A stretch of DNA of 64,000 nt from Bacillota bacterium (GTDB taxonomy: Bacteria; Bacillota; JAAYKD01). Shown piece by piece: positions 11,043 to 20,251 of this stretch (the first letter of the stretch is position 1; the number at the start of each line of letters is the position of its first letter). The notes under the pieces were generated by a model, which saw only the letters and a program-made list of their open reading frames with translations, searched no databases and had not been told where the DNA came from. Location of the stretch: the NCBI GenBank assembly GCA_963666425.2, contig OY762825.2, forward strand, positions 416,001 to 480,000, given 5' to 3'. Both the position numbers and the translations under genes were made by a program.

Positions 11043-11961
11043 GAACAGCCTCCTTCCCCTTGTTTTGCGGCTCGATGAAATAACGGAAGGAAGCCAATTT
11101 TTCCGGTGATAATTGAATTCTGCTGATTTTGATCTTCTCAATGAGCGCCTGAAAATTCTCTTTTTCTCCCAACATATAGTAAAGCTGCAGCCCGGCAAAG
11201 TAGATAATTTCGTGGTCAAATTCCTGCAGCAATTGCTGAATAAAACGGCAGGCCTGAGCAGTTTCACCGAGTTCATTCAGATAGAGCACGCCGTCTTTAT
11301 AAACCGTCATATCAACGCCATCGGATTCTCCGAATTTGTTTTCGAACAATTCCATGCTCAGCCGACAAAACAAACGCTGATATTTTGCCTGATTGGCAGG
11401 GTCTAAAATACCGCTTTCAATATAAGAATGCAGCGCATTCACATAATCATTCTTTTTAGTCAGATCTTTTTCATTTTCCTGGGCTTGTTTACCTAATTCA
11501 ATTACTAAATTATCGAATTTTCGTTTGATATCAGTCAGAGCGGAGGAAGCATAATGAGATACTTCCGTATCCGCATCAGCCAACGCCAGTTTTAGTTCCT
11601 TGACATAATTCATGGAATCGCCGCTGAAAATCTGCATGATCGCGCCGCGTTTGGTAATCACATCTTCATAGAGCAGAACATCCGTCAGCGATACTGCATT
11701 GTAATCATTTTGTTGATTGCCAATATAGACCGGCTGCAGCGTATCGTCATTGAATTTTTTATAGAGCTCGACTTCTTTTTCCTGGTTCTGTACCTGTATT
11801 TGCAGGATACCCAGATAAATCCCCCCGAGAATGGGCAGAAAAAGGGCAATCAGGCAATTGATAAAATAGAAACGGCGTTTCTTTGTTGTCAGTGAGAAAA
11901 GGAAAGCCAGCAAAAGTAAAAAATAATAAGCGATGACACTGTACTGAATCACTGTTTTCAT
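11035..11961 (-). CDS. pelE: PelE-like membrane/TPR protein
   Basis: two N-terminal TMs, ALADADTEVSHYA motif, helical C-terminus; follows pelD. Confidence 0.7.
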   Translation of the reverse strand: MKTVIQYSVIAYYFLLLLAFLFSLTTKKRRFYFINCLIALFLPILGGIYLGILQIQVQNQEKEVELYKKFNDDTLQPVYIGNQQNDYNAVSLTDVLLYEDVITKRGAIMQIFSGDSMNYVKELKLALADADTEVSHYASSALTDIKRKFDNLVIELGKQAQENEKDLTKKNDYVNALHSYIESGILDPANQAKYQRLFCRLSMELFENKFGESDGVDMTVYKDGVLYLNELGETAQACRFIQQLLQEFDHEIIYFAGLQLYYMLGEKENFQALIEKIKISRIQLSPEKLASFRYFIEPQNKGKEAVHG

Positions 11962-11981
11962 GCTTGCTCTCCTCCTCTTGC

Positions 11982-14114
11982 TTAGACTTTGATGATTTTA
12001 GCTGTGATTTCATTCTTTTTTAGGCGTTCCAACACATTTTCAGCATCTTTACTGGAAGTATTCAACAAAAGCGCCCCTACTCCACCCGCTGGCAGTCTGC
12101 CAATCTCATCCGTATCGCGCAGAAAGCGACGCGCCTTTTTGGTCACTTCGCTCATTTCCTGCGTTTCGTCGGCTAAAAACTCAATCATCACAAATTCAAT
12201 TCCGCTATTCTCAAATCCTCGCTGCGCAAATTGAATCGCTTTTTGTAATTCTTTCGCCAGCATAATATTCGTCGAACCTTCAAATGCAAATTGTGAGACA
12301 AGATTTTCGTAGATATTGGCGTTGCGATAAACATCATTCAGCAAGTCTTTCACGATATGCAGAATATTCATTGAATACAAAGTAAGTTTTTCAAATTTCA
12401 TATCTTCGATCATCACCAACACAACCACACTCTGATTGATGGCAATCGGTAAAATCACAGAAGGCATATTCGGGTTTAGATAATTATTAGTATAAAACAG
12501 ATTATTCTGCACGATTTCAAATAATGCTTCATTGCTCAAAATATTGACTGACTTTGGGAATTTTTTTGGTGTCTGACCAGTGAAAAGAAATTGTCGCATA
12601 TAATTGCTGTCGGGCTGCCTCAGGTAAAGACTGATATTCTTCTCCCCGGTTATATCACGAATCATCGTTAAGGTACCCCAAAAAACATCCTGTTTGGATA
12701 ACGTATTCAACTCTTTAATGGAGGCGTAAAGTTTACCCAAACCAGACTCATATTTCAGAATCCGGGTTTCCTGTTCATTTTTGATCCGGCCTAAATCATT
12801 GTTGATCTGCCTTAAATCGCTGATTTGTCGATCTAGTAGTTCAATTCTTCGCTCTTTTTCCTCAATGGTATAGTTTTTTCTTTCAAACACATAACCAATG
12901 CACATGGCAATTACCAAGTTCTGCACCATCTGCAGCAGAACATTGAGATTGGAGAAAGTAGCGGTTAAACTGTAACCCGCTGAGACGGATTCGAAAACAT
13001 AGTACCCGCTGACCAATACGGCAGCAACAATTCCTTGTGAGATGCCGAATGAAACGGAGACGAGGATAATATAAATGGTTAAGTATTGAGTGGACAGCAT
13101 ATCGGTATAACCGGATTGGATATGTGTCAGAAAAGCCAGCAAAAGAAAGATGACCGTGTTTTCAATTGTCCTGAACAACGCGCCATTTTGCCGTTTTCGA
13201 CGCGGTTTTTCTGTTACAGCGGTTTGTGCAAAATCGCGATACCAAGCAAGGCATGCTTGGATCACTGCTGTGGTATCTCTTCTGATGATAAAACCCATTT
13301 CCAAATTTGCTTTTCTGCCTAAGATTTGGCGCTTATTTGTCGTCTCCAGACCAATTTCTACTGGCAGAGCTGACAACACCGCTTGTCCTTCCTGATCAGG
13401 CAGTTCCATTGCGATAGCTGCAGCCAATCCGATACCAGAAATCGGTATTTCAGTGGTAATGTTATAGATGCCATCCACACTGTCATTGACACTGCAAAGT
13501 ATGGCTTCCACTGCATCGCCGGCATCGAGCAGATAATAGCTTTCCTCTAGGCCGGTTGTGATCTTGCTATTCTGTTTGGCTTGATCAATCATCTGAAAAA
13601 CCACGGACAGATGATCCAGCGTATCGTAGAGTCCGCTCACTTCGGGAAGCCGTAAAAATACATTGAAAAGTTGGGCAGATGTCCGGAAACTGCGCACCGT
13701 ATTCTCACACAGCCAATGGGTCTTGCCATTGATGCTGATTGGTTCCGGCTGCGCGTCTTCTGTTTTGGCTTGCTCGCCATAGACATCCATACCTGATAAA
13801 TAAATAAACTTCCTTGTCTGAAATTGATTGGACAATTCTGCCAAAGTCGTCATCTCATTGACTTTCTCTTTGACATCCTCCAGATTATCGACTTTGTTGA
13901 TGCGGGTATAGACCAGGATATCCGGTTTCTCACTGATGAATAAATCATGGAAACTATTTGTATTATTACAAACATATTTTGAATGCGGGACACTGGAAAA
14001 ATATCTGGTTTCATTGCTTTGATAGACTCCAACCACCCGATAATGTTCCCTATAAAAGCGCGTAATCGCCTGAATGCCAAGAAAACTCTCCGCTCCGATT
14101 ATCATTACTTTCAT
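11982..14114 (-). CDS. pelD: PelD-like c-di-GMP receptor with N-terminal degenerate NAD-epimerase domain
   Basis: SDR-like N-terminus, 4-TM region, GAF-like region, C-terminal degenerate GGDEF with an RDTD (RxxD) I-site. Confidence 0.75.
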   Translation of the reverse strand: MKVMIIGAESFLGIQAITRFYREHYRVVGVYQSNETRYFSSVPHSKYVCNNTNSFHDLFISEKPDILVYTRINKVDNLEDVKEKVNEMTTLAELSNQFQTRKFIYLSGMDVYGEQAKTEDAQPEPISINGKTHWLCENTVRSFRTSAQLFNVFLRLPEVSGLYDTLDHLSVVFQMIDQAKQNSKITTGLEESYYLLDAGDAVEAILCSVNDSVDGIYNITTEIPISGIGLAAAIAMELPDQEGQAVLSALPVEIGLETTNKRQILGRKANLEMGFIIRRDTTAVIQACLAWYRDFAQTAVTEKPRRKRQNGALFRTIENTVIFLLLAFLTHIQSGYTDMLSTQYLTIYIILVSVSFGISQGIVAAVLVSGYYVFESVSAGYSLTATFSNLNVLLQMVQNLVIAMCIGYVFERKNYTIEEKERRIELLDRQISDLRQINNDLGRIKNEQETRILKYESGLGKLYASIKELNTLSKQDVFWGTLTMIRDITGEKNISLYLRQPDSNYMRQFLFTGQTPKKFPKSVNILSNEALFEIVQNNLFYTNNYLNPNMPSVILPIAINQSVVVLVMIEDMKFEKLTLYSMNILHIVKDLLNDVYRNANIYENLVSQFAFEGSTNIMLAKELQKAIQFAQRGFENSGIEFVMIEFLADETQEMSEVTKKARRFLRDTDEIGRLPAGGVGALLLNTSSKDAENVLERLKKNEITAKIIKV

Positions 14115-14968
14115 TGTGAATCACCCGCTGCAGGATCGGCCTGCTTTGCTTCAATTTTCTGAGGTGGGCTTAAATAATAACCCTGACCGTAAAAAACACC
14201 CAGATCTTTTAAAATATCAACTTGTTCTTTTACTTCGATACCATCGGCAATACAGAGAATAGCCAGAGAAGCACAATAATCAACGATACTTTTTATCATG
14301 CAGAGCGCTTTTCTATCAGTCTGGATTTTGTCGATCAAGGTGATGGGAATCTTCAGACCATCAAAATTGATTGACGACAACATCACACTATTGGAAAAAC
14401 CGCTGCCATAATTATCAGCCAAAATTTTCACACCATAATTACGCAGTTGTTCAGCCTTGAGCAGAGTTTCCGATGGGTTCTTGAAAATATACTCGGTGAA
14501 CTCGAGATAGAGCGTTTTTCCTTTGCTCCGCAATAAAGCTGCGATTTGCTGAATTTCATCTGAGATGGGTGTATTTGCCAAAAGATTGACGGAAAGATCA
14601 AAGTCAATCAAACCGCTTTTGACATCTACCAGGATTTTTTTGAGAATCATTTGATCCAGATTCACGTCGAGTCCGGCGCTGATACAATCACTGATAAATT
14701 GTCCTGTATTGGAGTAGATTTCGTTATTGATCCGCAGCAGCACTTCCATAAAAACCGACTGACCGCTGCGAATATCCATCACAGGCTGAAAAACCAGATT
14801 AAAATCTCCTTTGAGCAGAATATTCGGCAGGTAGCGGATCCGAATCATTTTTTCATTGTAACGGTCATACTGACTCTGAACGAAAAGATAGAGATTGTTT
14901 GTTTCTTTGTCTTCCAACATATAGGTGCAGAAGCGCAGTTTTCTTAAAACATCTTCCACTTCACTCAA
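14111..14968 (-). CDS. EAL domain protein (probably the 3' half of a frameshifted GGDEF-EAL gene)
   Basis: FQP, EVLLR, LEFTE, DNYGSGFS and QGYY motifs. Confidence 0.8.
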   Translation of the reverse strand: MSEVEDVLRKLRFCTYMLEDKETNNLYLFVQSQYDRYNEKMIRIRYLPNILLKGDFNLVFQPVMDIRSGQSVFMEVLLRINNEIYSNTGQFISDCISAGLDVNLDQMILKKILVDVKSGLIDFDLSVNLLANTPISDEIQQIAALLRSKGKTLYLEFTEYIFKNPSETLLKAEQLRNYGVKILADNYGSGFSNSVMLSSINFDGLKIPITLIDKIQTDRKALCMIKSIVDYCASLAILCIADGIEVKEQVDILKDLGVFYGQGYYLSPPQKIEAKQADPAAGDSQ

Positions 14969-16277
14969 AAGTCTGTACTCTTCTGCTCTCCGTATAGAGC
15001 AGACCGATTTTTGCTTTCAGCATCACTTGCTTACCGTCAATATCATATCCGGAAGAGAACAGGCTCTCCAATTTGGTGATCGGATTCTGATCTCTCATCA
15101 TCTGCGGATATTCCGCCAGGGCCAGCATAAACTCCCCGCTCTTAATTGAAAAAATCGCTGCGGAGGGGAATTCACTCTTCAGCAAATTGGCGATGAACTT
15201 ATAGCAAGCCAATTCATATTCAATTTCGTAAACTGTATTTTTCTGGATATCAAGATCCACTTTTATTGTAGCAAACAAAATCAAATCAAAAGAGTTCAGA
15301 CAAAGTTCGAGTACACTCTCTTTCATTACCGAAAACGTAGGCAAACCTGTGATACTGTCTTTTGTCTTGGCCCGGAATAAAACTTCGCTGCGCGTTGTTT
15401 CAACGGTAATATCACGAATCATTCCGCTGTAACCACCCAATAAGTGAGGGTAGCAAAAGTATTCCAGATAAATCTCTTTGCCGGTCAGCGGTGTTACAAA
15501 GAGGGTTCTTTCGACTTTTTGATTGATCACCTGAATCTTCCGATCAGCAGATGCCGACATGATTTGCTGAAATTCCTCCAGCGGCATCACTTCATATTTC
15601 AGTTCTAGGTCTTCACAACATTTTCTGGAAAAGGTAATCGTCTTCTCTTGTTGGTTGATGCGAAAGACAAAGACATGATTAAATTTAGAAAAAAGTTCCT
15701 CCAAGTAGCGTGTTAGAAAAACTGATTTCAGGAAATTGCGCTGATAAAAAGCCGCCGTCACTAACAGCAGCGTCAGTAAAAACACCCCACCGGCAACGGC
15801 CAGAGTAAGCAGAACTTCGGCGTTATATTGATCCAAATAAGAGTAGATATAAATTTCCGAAAAATTGACCGGGGTAATCGTAAAAAAAAGCAACCCGGCT
15901 CTATATTCTTTTTTCAGCTTGGAATATTGCAGTAAAAAAGCAATTGCCAACATGGATAGCGCAAACAAGGGTGAAAAAGAAGAAAAATATACGCTGAGCA
16001 GATAAAACGGTGTAAATGCCAGCAGCACTTTGACATTAAAACCAATCACCAGGAAAATCAGCAGCAGGAATTTTAAATTCAGTATAGGAATGTCTTGCAC
16101 GCTGAAATAGAAATAATTAAACAGAAAGCTGGCGCATCCCAAAAAACTACCGGTGATGAGATCCTGCCAATTTGGAGCATAAGCAAGATAATTATGCAGT
16201 ATCTGCGCTAGGATAAACAAGACGGTCAAAGCACCGAGGCCGCTGATGATGTAAAGTATAAAGTCAAATGTCTGCAT
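14961..16277 (-). CDS. membrane protein with degenerate GGDEF domain (5' half of the frameshifted gene)
   Basis: N-terminal TMs, DSITGLP and SGEF; ends within the domain at KAKIG... Confidence 0.65.
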   Translation of the reverse strand: MQTFDFILYIISGLGALTVLFILAQILHNYLAYAPNWQDLITGSFLGCASFLFNYFYFSVQDIPILNLKFLLLIFLVIGFNVKVLLAFTPFYLLSVYFSSFSPLFALSMLAIAFLLQYSKLKKEYRAGLLFFTITPVNFSEIYIYSYLDQYNAEVLLTLAVAGGVFLLTLLLVTAAFYQRNFLKSVFLTRYLEELFSKFNHVFVFRINQQEKTITFSRKCCEDLELKYEVMPLEEFQQIMSASADRKIQVINQKVERTLFVTPLTGKEIYLEYFCYPHLLGGYSGMIRDITVETTRSEVLFRAKTKDSITGLPTFSVMKESVLELCLNSFDLILFATIKVDLDIQKNTVYEIEYELACYKFIANLLKSEFPSAAIFSIKSGEFMLALAEYPQMMRDQNPITKLESLFSSGYDIDGKQVMLKAKIGLLYTESRRVQTFE

Positions 16278-16601
16278 GATTTACTCCTTCGCGTTGACAG
16301 ATATTCCAGTCATTTTGCGGTATCCAGTCAGCTTATCTTCCTTGCATCTGGCGAAACCAAATGCAGCTGATTTTTGATGGATTTTCATGAAAACCAGAAC
16401 TAAACTTACTCTTTATTTTACTATATATACTGCACAAATACAAGAAATATCGGGAAATATTCCTGCTCCCGCGTATTTGGACAGGTTCGTTCTCTTCTCA
16501 GCAATCGAAAAGCAACCAAAAAGGACATTGCTTTTCCAAAGCATATTTGGTATCATAGGTTTAAAGCATGAAGCAAAGCTAGCAGAGACGAGGGAAAAAA
16601 G

Positions 16602-17651
16602 ATGGAGAACCAGGAACAACCGCATCAACGCCGTGTTCGCTATACGGGTACACATCCAAAATCTTATCAGGAGAAATATAAAGAATTGCAGCCGGAACGC
16701 TATGTAGATACCATTGAAGAGTTGCTGCAAAAAGGTAAAACACCGGCTGGGATGCATCGTCCGATCTGCGTGCAAGAGATTTTACAATTCCTGCAGGTAA
16801 CTCCGGGACAAATCGGACTGGACGCTACCTTGGGTTACGGCGGTCATACCACAGAGATTTTAAAATGCCTGCAAGCAAAGGGACATTTATATGCTATTGA
16901 TGTGGATCCCATCGAACTGCCGCGCAGCCAGGCACGCCTGGAGAATTTAGGCTACGGTTCCGACCTTTTGACAACGAGACAAATGAATTTCTCCGACGTT
17001 GACCAAATTGCCGGAGAAGTGGGTCCCTTCCATTTTATCCTGGCGGATTTAGGCGTTTCATCCATGCAGATTGACAATCCGGCAAGAGGTTTCTCCTTTA
17101 AACGCGAAGGGCCTTTGGATTTGCGGCTCAATCCGCAAAAAGGAAAATCCGCCGCAGAACGCTTGCGAACCATCACACAAGACGAACTGCAGGGACTGCT
17201 GCTGGAAAATTCCGATGAACCGAACGCTGCCCTGATCGCCCGCGCAATCATTGCCACCAGAAAAAGCGGCAGCGCGATTGCCACTACCAGCCAATTGCAG
17301 CAGATCATCAGTGACGCTCTGAAATTCATCCCGGGAAAAAACAAGGAAGATGAAATCAAGAAAGCCTGTCAGCGCTGTTTTCAGGCCCTGCGCATCGATG
17401 TCAATCACGAATTGGAAGTGCTCTATCAATTCTTAGAAAAACTCCCCGCCGCTTTGGCACCGGGTGGCCGGGTGGCGATTCTATCCTTTCACTCGGGCGA
17501 AGACCGTCTCGTCAAGAAATCGTTTCAGCACTATTACCGGGAAGGGATCTATCGCGAAATCGCTCCGGACCCCATTCGGCCGTCAGCCGAGGAATGCAAT
17601 AGCAACAGCCGCGCCCGTTCCGCCAAATTGCGTTGGGCAATCAAAGCCTGA
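16602..17651 (+). CDS. rsmH: 16S rRNA m4C1402 methyltransferase RsmH family (orphan paralog)
   Basis: DATLGYGGH, DLGVSSMQID, RGFSF, FQALRIDVN, SFHSGEDRLVK and RSAKLR motifs. Confidence 0.9.
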   Translation: MENQEQPHQRRVRYTGTHPKSYQEKYKELQPERYVDTIEELLQKGKTPAGMHRPICVQEILQFLQVTPGQIGLDATLGYGGHTTEILKCLQAKGHLYAIDVDPIELPRSQARLENLGYGSDLLTTRQMNFSDVDQIAGEVGPFHFILADLGVSSMQIDNPARGFSFKREGPLDLRLNPQKGKSAAERLRTITQDELQGLLLENSDEPNAALIARAIIATRKSGSAIATTSQLQQIISDALKFIPGKNKEDEIKKACQRCFQALRIDVNHELEVLYQFLEKLPAALAPGGRVAILSFHSGEDRLVKKSFQHYYREGIYREIAPDPIRPSAEECNSNSRARSAKLRWAIKA

Positions 17652-17699
17652 TCCGCGCTCCCGGAGCCCTGCAGCGGTAAAAGCGTACCCTGCAGCTTG

Positions 17700-17819
17700 G
17701 TTTGAAGCTTCCTGCGGATCCCACGGTGCGATGGACCTTCTTGGTGCTCAACTAACCCCTTCCCGTTGCCGGTGAATTCGGAACTTTCTCGCTTTAGAAC
17801 CTGCGCTCATCGGGCGTAC
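17700..17819 (-). mobile_element. degenerate 5' fragment of a group IIC intron
   Basis: minus strand GTACGCCCG-ATGAGCGCAG..GAAAGTTCCGAA..GTCCATCGCACCGTGGGATCCGCAGGAAGC resembles IIC domain I as recalled; starts right after a terminator; no RT ORF. Confidence 0.65.
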
Positions 17820-17822
17820 ATT

Positions 17823-17862
17823 AAAAAAGTCCAGTGGAATTTTCGTTCCGCTGGACTTTTTC
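17823..17862. terminator. bidirectional intrinsic terminator
   Basis: AAAAAAGTCCAGTGGAA..TTCCGCTGGACTTTTT between convergent genes. Confidence 0.8.
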
Positions 17863-17928
17863 TTATGAAGTTAGACCTATTTTCTCTGTGCTTTTGTGAG
17901 CGCACAGTTCCGTCACTTGAAGCGATTT

Positions 17929-19287
17929 TTAGCGCCGCATCTCCATGGCATAAAAGCAGCCGAAACCGGGTTCGACCTTGATCTGTCGGCTTTGGCTGAT
18001 CAGCTGACCGCGCAGATAGGTAGCATCAATCCGACCGCGAAACTCTCTGCCATCAAAAGGAGTGTGTTTGTTGAGATAATGCATCCGCTCTGCCTGGCAG
18101 AGCCAATTTTGTCTTAAATCAATCAGATTGAAATCCGCGTCGAAACCGATTTCCAAAGCGCCTTTACGGCCATAAAGGCCAAAACGGCGAGCTGGATTTT
18201 CAGACATCATCCGCACGACTGCGGGAAGCGGCAAATGGCGCTGTATGACACCTTCATCCAAAATGACCGGCAACATCGTCTCCAGACCGGTAACCCCTTC
18301 CGCGGCAGATGTGAAACGTTCCATAGCAACTACTTTTTGCTCGAAGGGATGCGGTGAATGATCGGAGACAATCATATCCACCTGACCTTCCAGAACACAG
18401 CGCCAGAGTTCCTGCCGCATGGCATCGCTGCGCGGTGGCGGATCGCATTTGGCGACTCCGCCCAGCCGGAAAAAATCGTCCTCTGTCAAGCCCAAATACT
18501 GCGGGCAAGTTTCCACCGTGATATCTAAACCCGCAGTTTGAGCGGCATGCACGGCACGAACCCCTTCCGGTACACTGCAATGAGCAATGTGTCCCTTGGC
18601 TCCGGGAGCCTGGCGCAGCAGATAAATATAGCGCAGAACCGCCTCGGTCTCACTGTAGGGCGGATGACTATCGATAAACGCCTGCGCATCCCGTTGACCG
18701 CTGGCATTGAATTGGTCGACCAAAACCTGAATCAGCGTATCGTTTTCCGCATGAGCACAGCTTAAGCCACCAAACTCCGCCAGACGGCGCATGCCGGCTA
18801 AGAGAATGCCGTCGTTGGTGCTGGGATAATTCGAGCAACGGCACATAAAGCTCTTAAACGCGCCGCCGCCCAGTTGGGCAATTGCTGCCATCTCATCTAA
18901 AGCGCCGGGAACCAAACCTCCCCAAAGGCCAAAATCGACCAGAAAATCCGCCTCCGCTGCCGCTTTTTTGGCTAAAAAAGCCTGCGGTGTCACGGTAATC
19001 GGCACAGAGAGAGGCTGTTCCAGCACCGTCGTCACACCGCCGGCGGCCGCGGCAGCAGAAACGCAAGCGTATGTTTCCCGCTCCGGCGTGCCATAACCGC
19101 CATGCACATGCGGATCGATCACGCCGGGCATAACAAAGCGATTGGCTGCATCCAAAGTTTCTTTGGCAGGAAAATTGCTGCCGGGTGCCGTGACAGCGGC
19201 AATTTTACCATCCTGTACATAGAGTTCGCCACTAAAAACCCGCTGGCTATTGACAATTTGCGCATTCATCACCTTTAAATCAAACAT
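17929..19287 (-). CDS. allantoinase/dihydroorotase family amidohydrolase
   Basis: PGVIDPHVH, AAAGGVTT, HAEN, VETCPQYL and SDHSPH; start MFDLKV after a GGAGG RBS (the longer ORF is repeat-derived). Confidence 0.9.
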   Translation of the reverse strand: MFDLKVMNAQIVNSQRVFSGELYVQDGKIAAVTAPGSNFPAKETLDAANRFVMPGVIDPHVHGGYGTPERETYACVSAAAAAGGVTTVLEQPLSVPITVTPQAFLAKKAAAEADFLVDFGLWGGLVPGALDEMAAIAQLGGGAFKSFMCRCSNYPSTNDGILLAGMRRLAEFGGLSCAHAENDTLIQVLVDQFNASGQRDAQAFIDSHPPYSETEAVLRYIYLLRQAPGAKGHIAHCSVPEGVRAVHAAQTAGLDITVETCPQYLGLTEDDFFRLGGVAKCDPPPRSDAMRQELWRCVLEGQVDMIVSDHSPHPFEQKVVAMERFTSAAEGVTGLETMLPVILDEGVIQRHLPLPAVVRMMSENPARRFGLYGRKGALEIGFDADFNLIDLRQNWLCQAERMHYLNKHTPFDGREFRGRIDATYLRGQLISQSRQIKVEPGFGCFYAMEMRR

Positions 19288-19299
19288 ACTTCTCCTCCA

Positions 19300-19361
19300 T
19301 GTTCCAAGGGGACGGGGGTGTTGGCACAACTTTGTGCCAGGGGGACGGGGGTGTTGGCTCA
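19300..19361 (-). repeat. REP-1 tandem pair (19300-19328, 19333-19361)
   Basis: two G-strand copies with a 4-nt spacer; the last three bases are the RAYT stop codon. Confidence 0.95.
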
Positions 19362-20096
19362 CGACTCTTCGACTACTCTCCTCGATATCCCAGTAATTCT
19401 GGCTATTTGTCTGATAGAAAAATTACTTTTGGCTTTAATATTTCTAAGGATTCCGTCTCTGCTTGCTTTTGCAAAACCTTGAATTTCATCGATGTTATTC
19501 AAATGAGCAATTTTACACATTGCTTCTCTTGCTTCTAAATCGTTAAATTTGTTACTGGCAAGGTATTCTAAACAATTATCTTGATTGAGCTCATTATGAT
19601 AAGCAAGAAACTGATCTTTGGCCATCATACTGAACGCAAGGCTGACATCAACTATTTTTTGCTTCGAAAAATAGTCATTATAGCTGCTCCATTGATAATC
19701 GGAAACGTCTGCAACAATTCCCGCTTTCACCGGATTCTGATGAATGTAACGGATCACAGTCAATAAGTAGTGCATATTTTCAATGACCTCACTTTTAAAG
19801 CGATCCTGATACAAATGACCACATCTCTGATACTTTAAATTATACCAATGCACATAGCTTGCGCATATCTTGCGCATTGAGATGCCTAAATTATCATCCT
19901 TCATTAATAGATGAATATGGTTGCTCATTAAGCAATATCCAAGAAGTTCAAATTCGCGTTGCTCTTGATACAAAGCAAGTGTTTGCATAAACCTATCTTT
20001 GTCTTCGTCATCTTCAAAAATATCTTGATGATTAATACCACGAATCATAATATGATAGATCCCACTTTTACTTTTCTTTCTTGCTGTTCTTGGCAT
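19359..20096 (-). mobile_element. REP-associated tyrosine transposase (RAYT / Y1 HUH) with C-terminal HTH
   Basis: YHIMIRG, CLMSNHIHLL (HUH), GHLYQDRF, YIHQNPVKAG (catalytic Tyr), WSSY; flanked by inverted REP-1 copies; no tnpB. Confidence 0.93.
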
Positions 20097-20203
20097 TTTT
20101 ATTCACCTCAATTGCTGAGCCAGAAAAACGGGGATTAAAAACACACTCTGTTGATATACACATATTTTAACTGTTTTTATTATCTTTTACTCCGTTTAAA
20201 AAC

Positions 20204-20232
20204 AGTATACTCTATCATATTTCTTGTGTCAA
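20204..20232 (-). promoter_or_regulatory. sigma-A promoter of the RAYT gene
   Basis: TTGACA-17 nt-TATACT; the -10 overlaps one arm of a 10-bp inverted repeat. Confidence 0.75.
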
Positions 20233-20251
20233 TATCCTCGTTTCCTGATTC

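Noticed and set aside
16280-16600. c-di-GMP riboswitch upstream of the pel cluster
   Set aside because: I could not match the class I or class II consensus by eye; an Rfam scan would settle it.
19288-19362. N-terminal extension of the allantoinase ORF, and likewise the 23711 start of the ATPase
   Set aside because: These are translations of REP and promoter DNA; better starts with RBS lie at 19287 and 23930.
19359-20096. Ordinary IS200/IS605 element
   Set aside because: No tnpB; the protein is longer, with RAYT-type NPVKAG/WSSY motifs and a C-terminal HTH; its flanking hairpins are dispersed in many copies.
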